This document shows, piece by piece, positions 40,305 through 48,535 of a DNA stretch of 64,000 nucleotides (position 1 is the first letter of the stretch; every line of letters starts with the position of its first letter). The position numbers and the translations under genes are program-made. Source of the DNA: an uncultured delta proteobacterium (GTDB lineage: Bacteria > Desulfobacterota > Syntrophorhabdia > Syntrophorhabdales > WCHB1-27); assembly GCA_963810935.1 (NCBI GenBank), contig CAWEPK010000012.1, positions 384,001-448,000 of the forward strand, read 5' to 3'. The notes below the pieces were generated by a model. The model was given only the letters and a program-made list of their open reading frames with translations, had not been told where the DNA came from and searched no databases.

Positions 40305-42548
40305 TTACGTGAGCCCCAGCGCCAGGCCCAGATGGTACGCAGCCACGCCGCCCAGGAACGACATCACGAGCATCACCACGAACGACGCGATAAACCACTT
40401 CCAGCTCCCCATCTCCTGCTTCATCACCGCCACCGTCGCAGCGCACGGCACAAACAGCATCAGCACTACCAGGAACGCTAGCGCCGACGCAGTCCCCATA
40501 AACCTCGGCAGGACCTCCCTCAAGCCTTCCTCGCCCACGTTGTAGAGCACCGCCAGCGTGGCTATCGAGTTCTCCTTCGCCACGAGGCTCGAAAGCAGCG
40601 CCACCATCTCCCTCCACCCCAGGCCCATCAGCTTCCCCACCGGCTCGAGCAGCCTGCCCATCGACGCGAGCACGCTCGTCTCGAGGCTGCCTCCGGGGAT
40701 ATTCGCCAGGCACCAGATCACAACAGACGCGATGAGGATCACGCTGCCCGCGCGCTTAACGAAAGAGATAATCCGCGACCAGACGACCGCAACGATCGTG
40801 CGCGGGTCGGGCTTGTGATACAGGGGAAGCTCCATGATGAAAGGCATCGGCTCTCCTTTCATCAGCACCTTGGCAAGGGTCATGCCGGTCAGCCCGAGAA
40901 CGATGATGTTGAGCGCGACGAGCAGCCAGGAGACGAGCGACGCCTGCCGGGCAAAGACGGCCGCGCTAATAAAGGTGAGCACCGCGAGCCTTGCCGTGCA
41001 CGGCACGAACGGAGCGAGGAACGTGGTAAGGATGCGCGCCTTTTTCGATTCGATGATGCGCGCCCCTATGACGGCCGGCACGTTGCATCCGAAGCCCAGG
41101 CACAAAGGCAGGAAGCTCTTGCCGTGCAGGCCGATCACGTGCATGAAGCGGTCCATCACGAAAGCGCCGCGCGCCATGTACCCCACGTCTTCGAGGAACG
41201 TCAGGCAGATGAAGAATATGAGCAGTATCGGGAAGAACGTGAGCACAGAGCCGGCCCCGGCGATCACGCCGTTGACGAGCAGCCCGATGAGCCAGTGCGG
41301 CGCGCCTGCAAGCGCCCCCTCGACGAGGTGCGCGAAAGCGCCCAGGCACCATTCGAGCTTGCGCTGCACGGGAAAGCCCACCTTATACGTCAGAAAGAAG
41401 ACCAGGCCGAGTATCGCAAGGAGCGCAGGCACGCCGAAGACGGGGTGCGTCAGCACGTGGTCGATGCGGTCCGTCATGAGCACCTGACCCCTGCGGAACT
41501 GTGAGACGGCTATGCGCGTCACTGCCTCGATCCAGTCATACCGGCCGCCCACGACTGCGCGCAGCGCGTCCTCGTGCTCGCTTAAGAGCCCCTGTATCTC
41601 GCCCCATGCGCTGTCGGGCAGCAGTACCTGCACCTCCCTCGATACCTCCGGGTCGCCTTCCATCAGCTTCGTCGCCACCCACCGGTCCGTGTACGGCTCG
41701 GGCACGTGGCCTTTCAGGATCTCTATCAGCCGCAAATAGATCGCCCTGTGGTCGGCAGATACGTCGGGCAGCCTGGGGCTGAAATCGACCATGTGCTGCG
41801 ACGTGTCCGTTACAAGCGGGATAAGCTCTTTTATGCCCCTGTTCTTCGTGGCAATGATGGGGATTACGGGCATGCCCAGCGAGCGCTGGAGAGCGGCGAT
41901 ATCGATGTGGATGCCCTGGGCTTCCGCGACGTCCATCATATTGACTGCAACGACGATGGGCGCGTCAATGAGAAGAAGCTCGGAGAGCAGATAGAGGCTC
42001 CGCTCCAGGACCGCGGCGTTGGCTACGAGGACGATGACGTCCGGCCGCTCGTTGATGAGGAACTCGCGCGCCGCCCTCTCCTCTTCGGAAAAAGCGGTAA
42101 GGCTGTATGTGCCGGGCAGGTCCACGATGCGCATCTGCGCGTCGTCGCTCGTGTAGATGCCTTCCTTCTTCTCGACGGTCTTGCCCGGCCAGTTGCCGAC
42201 GTGCTGCGACAGGCCGGTAAGGATGTTGAAGACGGTCGATTTGCCGACGTTCGGCTGGCCCGCAAGCGCAACGAGAAGCTGCGGCCGCTCTTCGGGCCTG
42301 CCGACCCGCGATACGAAGACGCGGGAGGCCTCGACCCTGCCCAGTGCCAGGCGCGTGCCGGAGGTTAAAACGATCACGGAGCCGCCCGTGTTGGTGAGCA
42401 CCTTGACGGTTGCGCCGGGGACAATGCCCATAGACGCCAGCCGGCTTGTCAGCCGCTCCCCGCCGCCTATGGAGCTGACGACCCCTTCCTCGCCTTCATG
42501 CAGGGTAGTTACCGCCGATACGACGTTTTCCAAAACGTCTCCCTTCAT
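40305..42548 (-). CDS. feoB: Ferrous iron transporter FeoB with fused N-terminal FeoA domain
   Basis: RLASMGIVPG (FeoA), GQPNVGKS, GNWPGKTVE, DLPG, NMMD, GFGCNVP, FIMELP. Confidence 0.95.
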   Translation of the reverse strand: MKGDVLENVVSAVTTLHEGEEGVVSSIGGGERLTSRLASMGIVPGATVKVLTNTGGSVIVLTSGTRLALGRVEASRVFVSRVGRPEERPQLLVALAGQPNVGKSTVFNILTGLSQHVGNWPGKTVEKKEGIYTSDDAQMRIVDLPGTYSLTAFSEEERAAREFLINERPDVIVLVANAAVLERSLYLLSELLLIDAPIVVAVNMMDVAEAQGIHIDIAALQRSLGMPVIPIIATKNRGIKELIPLVTDTSQHMVDFSPRLPDVSADHRAIYLRLIEILKGHVPEPYTDRWVATKLMEGDPEVSREVQVLLPDSAWGEIQGLLSEHEDALRAVVGGRYDWIEAVTRIAVSQFRRGQVLMTDRIDHVLTHPVFGVPALLAILGLVFFLTYKVGFPVQRKLEWCLGAFAHLVEGALAGAPHWLIGLLVNGVIAGAGSVLTFFPILLIFFICLTFLEDVGYMARGAFVMDRFMHVIGLHGKSFLPLCLGFGCNVPAVIGARIIESKKARILTTFLAPFVPCTARLAVLTFISAAVFARQASLVSWLLVALNIIVLGLTGMTLAKVLMKGEPMPFIMELPLYHKPDPRTIVAVVWSRIISFVKRAGSVILIASVVIWCLANIPGGSLETSVLASMGRLLEPVGKLMGLGWREMVALLSSLVAKENSIATLAVLYNVGEEGLREVLPRFMGTASALAFLVVLMLFVPCAATVAVMKQEMGSWKWFIASFVVMLVMSFLGGVAAYHLGLALGLT

Positions 42549-42685
42549 CAGCGTTTATACCTGTATTTGCTGGAAAAGTCAACGCCGGCGGTGACGACGG
42601 AAGGTACAGCGCAGCCGGATATTTTCATTCCGGCTCTCTTGACATACCCCGGCCATCCTGCTTAAATATTTATTCGATACAGAGT

Positions 42686-42760
42686 AGGCGCGTAGCTCAA
42701 CGGGAGAGCGCTACCTTGACACGGTAGAGGTCAGGGGTTCAACACCCCTCGTGCCTACCA
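42686..42760 (+). tRNA. tRNA-Val(GAC)
   Basis: Full cloverleaf, anticodon arm CTACC-TTGACAC-GGTAG, encoded CCA; TTGACA at 42639. Confidence 0.95.
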
Positions 42761-42883
42761 TTTTTACCCTCGGCAATTCAGTACGGGCGTTTTTTGCGCC
42801 ATGCTTCGTAATCTTCCCGACCGCAAATTCTCACATAAAAATTCTCTTGACAATCGTTATACAGTGTCATTAAAATGACCACA

Positions 42884-42996
42884 ATCTGAAAAAACAAACC
42901 ATTGGCGGCCATGGGACGTAAAGCCAAGGGGCCTCTGATATACCCTTTGCGAAGTCTTCAGACGTACGGTCGAGTGGCCCGTGGTTACCCGACTGG
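42884..42996 (+). promoter_or_regulatory. GEMM-I (c-di-GMP-I / cGAMP) riboswitch candidate
   Basis: ACAAACCAT..ATGGGACGTAAAGCCAAGGGGCC...GGCCCGTGGTTACC matches the GEMM-I pattern; TTGACA..TAAAAT promoter at 42847-42876. Confidence 0.65.
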
Positions 42997-43032
42997 TTAT
43001 AGCAGCGGTACGGCCTTGCGCAGGGAGGCAAT

Positions 43033-43746
43033 ATGCCTGAAAAAGAATCCGTGATCAAGCTGTTTATCTCCGTTGCTTGCGCTCTCGCACTGTTTGGTCT
43101 ATCCACGCGGGCACACGCCGATTGGAGTGTGGTCGGTGATTGGGCCATTACTTCTAATCCGAACGGCCAGTGGACGTATGGCTACTCACCGACAGGAGCG
43201 TCCTCAGACTTCGCGGCATTTAACGCGTCTACAAACACCGGGATATCTACATCGTGGTATCCAAACAGCGTCGGCCCCAATACCGGGCCGGTCATTTGGC
43301 AGAATACGGCCTCGTACACCCAGTACAGTGTAACGTCCGGACAGGTATCCCTTCAGGCCGGCCCCAACGGTGAATACGCGGTCGTCCGATGGACGTCGCC
43401 TATCGCCGGAACAATTACCATTAACGGCGCCTTCGGAGCGGGCGACAGCGGATCCGCAGCCTACTTTATCTACTTGAGCAACGTCCAGAGCGGCACCTGG
43501 ACCACCGTTAACATCTTCTCTCAATCGCCTACATCCAACAGCGCAAGCTTCAACCTTACCGAGACGGTGTCTCAAGGGACAATGATCGATTTCATGGTCG
43601 GCCAGTGTTACATCGACGGCAACACGCCGCTCGATGCGACCATTTCACTGGTTCCCCTCCCATCGGCAATGCTTCTTTTGGCTCCGGGTCTGATAGGATT
43701 GGCAGCAATCAGGAAACGATTTAAAACACCGACCGAGCGACAATAG
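43033..43746 (+). CDS. VPLPA-CTERM (PEP-CTERM-like) exosortase-target surface protein
   Basis: Signal peptide; Ser/Thr/Gly-rich; C-terminus VPLPSAMLLLAPGLIGLAAIRKRFK. Confidence 0.85.
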   Translation: MPEKESVIKLFISVACALALFGLSTRAHADWSVVGDWAITSNPNGQWTYGYSPTGASSDFAAFNASTNTGISTSWYPNSVGPNTGPVIWQNTASYTQYSVTSGQVSLQAGPNGEYAVVRWTSPIAGTITINGAFGAGDSGSAAYFIYLSNVQSGTWTTVNIFSQSPTSNSASFNLTETVSQGTMIDFMVGQCYIDGNTPLDATISLVPLPSAMLLLAPGLIGLAAIRKRFKTPTERQ

Positions 43747-44458
43747 CGACAGAGACAGGATAAGCAAACCACAGGCAGTCAGCGGTAGCCAACTGGCCAC
43801 GGGGCCGGCACATGCATTAAAAACCCCTCCGGCCTGAAAGGCCGAGTGGACGGAGTTTAGCTGTCTTTTGTTTTCCGGTACATCAAAGAGCGCGCGGTAT
43901 TCTTGCCGACTTAGTCAACTACGTACCCTATAAAGCCTTACAGGGGCTTGGTTTTCAGGATTCGTTGATTGCCGCTTGAAGGACGCGAAACGATTGAAAC
44001 GACGGCCATAGAAACAAGGACAATCCTACCATTACGGTATGTGAACAATTGCACACAGCAAGATTGTCACCCTTTAGAGGCAAAACCAGCGATATAACAA
44101 GACTTTCAGGTAACAGTGAAGTGCAAAATAACACATTCCGACTAGCCGCAATCCGTCCGGCCCATGGTGGGGAATAGCGAAAAGAGAGCCAACAGACTTC
44201 ATCATCGTAGGAAGCATGTGAAAGATTACACTATATTGCGTAAAGCCGCAACATAAATTTTTTTAAACCCCCTTGTTTCCCCCTCGCAACCGTCGGGTCA
44301 GCCCGATCCATCTTCTGAGGGAACAATAATACGCTATCGCAAAGTAATGGAGTAACCCCCTTTCAAACCATAATGGACGTAGTTGGCTAACGTGACCTGC
44401 CGGCAATTCCGCGGAATCTGGTATTGACAATCGTTATACCCAGAGTTATCCTATAAGT

Positions 44459-44707
44459 ATGAAGACTGCCATATCCCTGCCCGATGATATATTTAAAGAG
44501 GTTGACGAGTACGGTAAGGAGTACCGGTGCTCGCGGAGCCAGGTGTTTGTTATGGCCGTGCGGGAGTTCCTTGACCGTAGGAAATCGAAGAAGCTCCTTG
44601 AGGCTCTTAACAAGGCGTATGGGGAGGCTGAGACATCCGAAGAAAGGGCCTTACGGCGGCAGGCAAAAGCCTATCGTGCGAGGAAAGCCCGGACCGAAGC
44701 CCCTTGA
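44459..44707 (+). CDS. RHH (CopG-like) antitoxin
   Basis: MKTAISLPDDIF..D..SRS; overlaps mazF. Confidence 0.85.
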   Translation: MKTAISLPDDIFKEVDEYGKEYRCSRSQVFVMAVREFLDRRKSKKLLEALNKAYGEAETSEERALRRQAKAYRARKARTEAP

Positions 44708-45069
44708 GCATCCGGCAGGGGGACATATTCTGGGTCGATCTCGGCCCGCCGGAAGGGTCCGGGCCGGGGTTCAGGCATCCCTGCGTCGTTATACAGAACA
44801 ACGTCTTTAACACGAGCCGGCTGAGTACGGTAGTGGTCTGCGCCCTTACATCGAATGTCGAAAGGGCGAAGGCGCCGGGAAACGTCCTGCTCAAGGAAGG
44901 CGAAGGCGGCCTGCCGAAAGATAGCGTCGCCAACGTCACTCAGATCTTAACCGTCGATAAATCGGACCTTGTCGAGAAAATAGGCTCCCTGCGCCCCGCC
45001 AGGATCAACCGGATCATCGACGGCGTCGGGCTTCTCCTCACACCGTTAGAGCTGCCGGTGGATTTATAG
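44704..45069 (+). CDS. mazF: MazF/PemK toxin
   Basis: QGDIFWVDL..GS.PG.RHP.VVIQN, ALTS, SVANV.QI.TVDK. Confidence 0.92.
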   Translation: MSIRQGDIFWVDLGPPEGSGPGFRHPCVVIQNNVFNTSRLSTVVVCALTSNVERAKAPGNVLLKEGEGGLPKDSVANVTQILTVDKSDLVEKIGSLRPARINRIIDGVGLLLTPLELPVDL

Positions 45070-45211
45070 GTCGCTTTGCCTTTACCCTGGCTCCCGTTGA
45101 CGAAAAAAAAGCAAAGGTGTAGAGTGAGGATATGGACCGATACTTACCCGCCGGGCTGCTGACGGCTTATGGGCGCGAAAATGCGGGCACTCAACGAAAA
45201 GGGGGAAAGTG

Positions 45212-45319
45212 ATGGGCGACAAAAGCAAGAAGGACAAGGATAAGGGCGCAAAACAAAGCGCTGTGAAACAACAGCAGAAAGCGAAAGCTAAAAGTGATAA
45301 ACAACCCAAGAAATCTTGA
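45212..45319 (+). CDS. 35-aa lysine-rich small protein
   Basis: MGDKSKKDKDKGAKQSAVKQQQKAKAKSDKQPKKS*, RBS AAGGGGGA; not in the ORF track. Confidence 0.6.
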   Translation: MGDKSKKDKDKGAKQSAVKQQQKAKAKSDKQPKKS

Positions 45320-45425
45320 CAAAGATCATGGCGCCGCCGGGTTCACCTGCCGAAAGCGCCCATGATGAAACCGGAAAACGAATGGTTTCCCTCAGGCTGT
45401 ACGTAGGCAGGTTGGGCAAAGCCGG

Positions 45426-45671
45426 ATGTCTGTCCATATAATTCCAATCGAAAAGCTGACCCCCGAAGCCCTGCGGGGCGTTATCGAGGAATTTATTTCA
45501 AGGGGGGGCACTGATTACGGCGAAACAGCGGCCTCACCGGAAACAAGCTTCAGACAGGTAAAACATAAACTCGAAAAGGGATTGGCAGTCCTTGTTTATG
45601 ACGACGAGACGGAAACCACCAACATACTCCGGGCTGATAATGCCGATATACGAAGGATCGAGGCCGAATAA
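45426..45671 (+). CDS. YheU (UPF0270) family protein
   Basis: IP.EKL.PEAL..VIEEFISR.GTDYGE. Confidence 0.85.
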   Translation: MSVHIIPIEKLTPEALRGVIEEFISRGGTDYGETAASPETSFRQVKHKLEKGLAVLVYDDETETTNILRADNADIRRIEAE

Positions 45672-45743
45672 GCAGACTCGTAAGTGAAGCCGGTAACTTT
45701 TTCCACGCAAACCTGCACGCCGTTTAGGGACGACTCTTTCGAA

Positions 45744-46139
45744 TTAAGTCTCAATCACCTTCAAACCCAGGAACCTGACCATCGGGTCGAAGTCGCGGTC
45801 ATCGTGCAGTAACGGCAAATCGTGGTGGATGCAGAAAGTGCCGATCATGACATCGATTGTCTTCCGCACGGTCACACCCTTCTTGCGAAGGGTCCTGTAA
45901 TTAATTGCAGCTTCCAAAGCCAGGGCGCGGCCGCCCATTGTCAGGAACGGCAGGCGATGAAGAAGGTCTCTTGCTGTCCTGAAGTCCTTATCGTCCTGAA
46001 ACCCCTGGAGCACCTCGGTCAGGACCAACTCGTTTATGACGAAAGGGACATTTCCGGCTGAGGCGTCGAGCCAGTCCGTACGGGACGTCTTTTTGCCGTT
46101 GAAATAGTCGATCCAGACCGGAGAATCGACGAAGATCAT
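45744..46139 (-). CDS. vapC: VapC PIN toxin
   Basis: FVDS.VWIDYF, EVLQG, RKTIDVMI, LLHDDRDF. Confidence 0.9.
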   Translation of the reverse strand: MIFVDSPVWIDYFNGKKTSRTDWLDASAGNVPFVINELVLTEVLQGFQDDKDFRTARDLLHRLPFLTMGGRALALEAAINYRTLRKKGVTVRKTIDVMIGTFCIHHDLPLLHDDRDFDPMVRFLGLKVIET

Positions 46140-46330
46140 TTATCCAGCCGCATTTCGTGCAGGTTGCCGGTCCATTTGAGCTTTCCCCGGAAAGCCCTCA
46201 GCCTTTCCTGGTCCTTAACCTGAACAAGCAGTCTCAAGCCCTCTTCTATGGTTTCCTTCTTTGTCTTCTTTCCCGACGCCTTAAGGGCGGACGCCATCAA
46301 AACGTCATCTATTATCACGTTGGTTCTCAC
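46136..46330 (-). CDS. vapB: VapB antitoxin
   Basis: GTG start; RTNVIIDD.LM..A..G.KTKKE.IEEGL. Confidence 0.88.
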   Translation of the reverse strand: MRTNVIIDDVLMASALKASGKKTKKETIEEGLRLLVQVKDQERLRAFRGKLKWTGNLHEMRLDK

Positions 46331-46517
46331 CTGTCGCCTCCCATGTGTATCACTATCATCTATTATACACATTATTGCAATTGTTTGAAACACGGCGGCC
46401 CCTGCCGTCGGGTTTGTGGGCACCTGCCTCGCCCGCGCCGTGAAGGTGCGCCTGCCGTAGACATGCCCTATATTAGACCGTACAGAGCAAACGTCTACGA
46501 ACGTACGGAGGCGCTGT

Positions 46518-46874
46518 ATGAAAGGCATTGAGGTAAAGAACTTTGATGTGCCGGACGAGACGAGGAGATTCGATAAGGGCAAGGTCGAGTTAATCAATGT
46601 CAACGGGCGTACGGTCGGGCGGGCTACTTTAGAGCCGGGATGGAAATGGTCGGAATCGGTGAAGCCCCTGGCGAAAACAAAAAGCTGCGAGGCCCCCCAT
46701 TTCCAATATCATCTTTAGGGCATCCTTCATGTCAAAACGGACGACGGCACGGAAAAGGACGTGAGAGCCGGAGAGGTTTCGATGCTTGGTCCCGGTCATG
46801 ACGCATGGGTGGTCGGCAATCAACCGGTAATACTGATCGATTTTCAGGGCATGGTAGATTATGCCAGGCAGTAA
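46518..46874 (+). pseudogene. Cupin protein with in-frame TAG at 46716-46718
   Basis: EPGWKWSE..SCEAPHFQYHL*GILHV...PGHDAWVVG continues in frame. Confidence 0.75.
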
Positions 46875-46915
46875 AAACAGTGGGTGTTAATACGGTTTCA
46901 CCGGTCCCGGGGATT

Positions 46916-47377
46916 TTAGTTATCCGCTTGCTTTCGGGCTTCCAGCAAAGTCTTGTCTGCTATGAGCTTCGCAAGGGCTTTGTCGTGGCTTGACCATAGG
47001 CAGCCGGGGTGGGTCGCCGTAATACCGAATTCGGTTATCTTATCGGTTATCTTGACGATAACGACCTTTACGGTCGTATCCTTGCTCTTCGCTTCTACGA
47101 GGCCCCCGTTTTCATGCTCCGTCCGCTTGCTCAGCGTGACATCGATATCGAGGCTCAGCAGGGCTGTTATGGACGCGTTCCATGTCTTGTCAAAAGATAC
47201 GTCGATGGCCTCCTGGGCATCCGCCTTATTGACCTGGCCTTGCAGCTCCGCCCCTTTGAGGACCAGTCCGGCCCCGCCGATAACGGCCGTGGTTGCCGGG
47301 GCGGCAAGGTAGACGCATGCCTGTAGAGACAGGCATGCGCCGGCCAGCAACAGAGCACAACAGGTAGCTTTCATCAT
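46916..47377 (-). CDS. Putative lipoprotein (DUF3568-like)
   Basis: LQAC lipobox-like motif. Confidence 0.6.
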   Translation of the reverse strand: MMKATCCALLLAGACLSLQACVYLAAPATTAVIGGAGLVLKGAELQGQVNKADAQEAIDVSFDKTWNASITALLSLDIDVTLSKRTEHENGGLVEAKSKDTTVKVVIVKITDKITEFGITATHPGCLWSSHDKALAKLIADKTLLEARKQADN

Positions 47378-47673
47378 AGTTGTCACTTATGTGCGTGTCC
47401 GTTTCGTTCGTCATTTTTGCTTTCTTCTTCCCGACCGCATCCAAAGACGGCCGTCGAGCCAACTATCCTAACCCACTGCAACTCATCCGTCAAACCGTTG
47501 CCCGGCTATTACTGCCGCCGAAGCGGTATATATTGATTATATGCCTCCCGGAGTCCAGCGCAAAGGTAAAGGCCGACAAAGCGGCCGGACGGGAGCTGTA
47601 CGCGCCCGTTTCCTCTTTCTTTCTTGCCGCCCGGCTGTTATCTTATAACAGACCCTTTAAGGAGACCTGAAAT

Positions 47674-47877
47674 ATGCCTATCTATGAATACCGTTGCGGC
47701 AAATGCGCCGAGACATTCGAAGTGATCCATAAGGCGGATGACGACTGCAAAGACTTGCAGTGCCCGAAATGCGGGAGCGGCGCACCTGAGCGCCTCCTGT
47801 CCGTATTTTGTTCGGGGGGCTCGAAAGGCCCTGCCGGCGCTGCCGCAGGCGGCCATTCCTCGCCGGGCCATAGCTGA
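47674..47877 (+). CDS. FmdB family zinc-ribbon protein
   Basis: MPIYEYRC..C..FE...CPKCG..RLLS. Confidence 0.9.
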   Translation: MPIYEYRCGKCAETFEVIHKADDDCKDLQCPKCGSGAPERLLSVFCSGGSKGPAGAAAGGHSSPGHS

Positions 47878-47928
47878 AGCTCCTGCTAGGGAGTCGTGAC
47901 TCCCTTTTTCGTCGCCCGGTCGCACAGG

Positions 47929-48384
47929 CTACTCCAACATCTTCGCTACGGCCTTGCCGTACTCCTGGCAGGCCCGTATGCCGTCGGGCGTCTTGATTAC
48001 ATCGGCCATGACGTCGAACGGACCCAGGTCCGTCATCTTCATCCCGAGCTTCGATTCCATTACCTGAAAAATGCGCTCGGCTGCCCCGCCGTCGCCGCTG
48101 CTCGGATGGGACCGTGGGCTGAATGCGCCCCCCGCCTTGCCCTGTAAGCCGGCCCTTCCTGCAACGTCGAGTAGAGATGCAAAGGCCTGCGGCATGTCGA
48201 GGTGGTATGTAGGGCATCCGAAGATATACGCGTCGTACCCGGCTAGGTCACGTTCGGCCGTTACGCCGGAAGCCTTCCGAACATCCACTGCAAGCCCCGA
48301 TATGCGCACCCCTTCCGCTATGTATCCGGCCATCTGCTCCGTAGTGCCTGATGCGCTCAGGTAGACGATCAGCACCTTTGCCAT
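47929..48384 (-). CDS. Flavodoxin-like protein
   Basis: IVYLSASGTTEQMA, FGCPTY. Confidence 0.85.
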   Translation of the reverse strand: MAKVLIVYLSASGTTEQMAGYIAEGVRISGLAVDVRKASGVTAERDLAGYDAYIFGCPTYHLDMPQAFASLLDVAGRAGLQGKAGGAFSPRSHPSSGDGGAAERIFQVMESKLGMKMTDLGPFDVMADVIKTPDGIRACQEYGKAVAKMLE

Positions 48385-48481
48385 ATAAGGTCTCCTTGGG
48401 GGAAAAGTGGTCCTCAAAAGAAGTATAATGCCTTGGACGCTCAGCGGCTATTAAGCGGGGTCTCGTCGCCCGTCATGGAAA

Positions 48482-48517
48482 ACGGCCGGCGGGAAGCGCG
48501 CGCCTCCCGCCGGCCGT
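48482..48517. terminator. GC-rich hairpin downstream of the VIT-vWA gene
   Basis: ACGGCCGGCGGGA/TCCCGCCGGCCGT. Confidence 0.65.
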
Positions 48518-48535
48518 ACTTGCACGGTTATCGGC

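Noticed and set aside
42847..44439. Identical 16-mer TTGACAATCGTTATAC at 42847 and 44424 as att sites
   Set aside because: Both coincide with -35 promoter boxes and no recombinase is nearby; more simply a shared promoter sequence
5686..46718. Stop-codon recoding (TAG read-through or pyrrolysine) suggested by in-frame stops
   Set aside because: The stops are of mixed type (two TAG, one TAA), the vapC copy is also truncated, and intact genes such as dapL and rodA end normally at TAG
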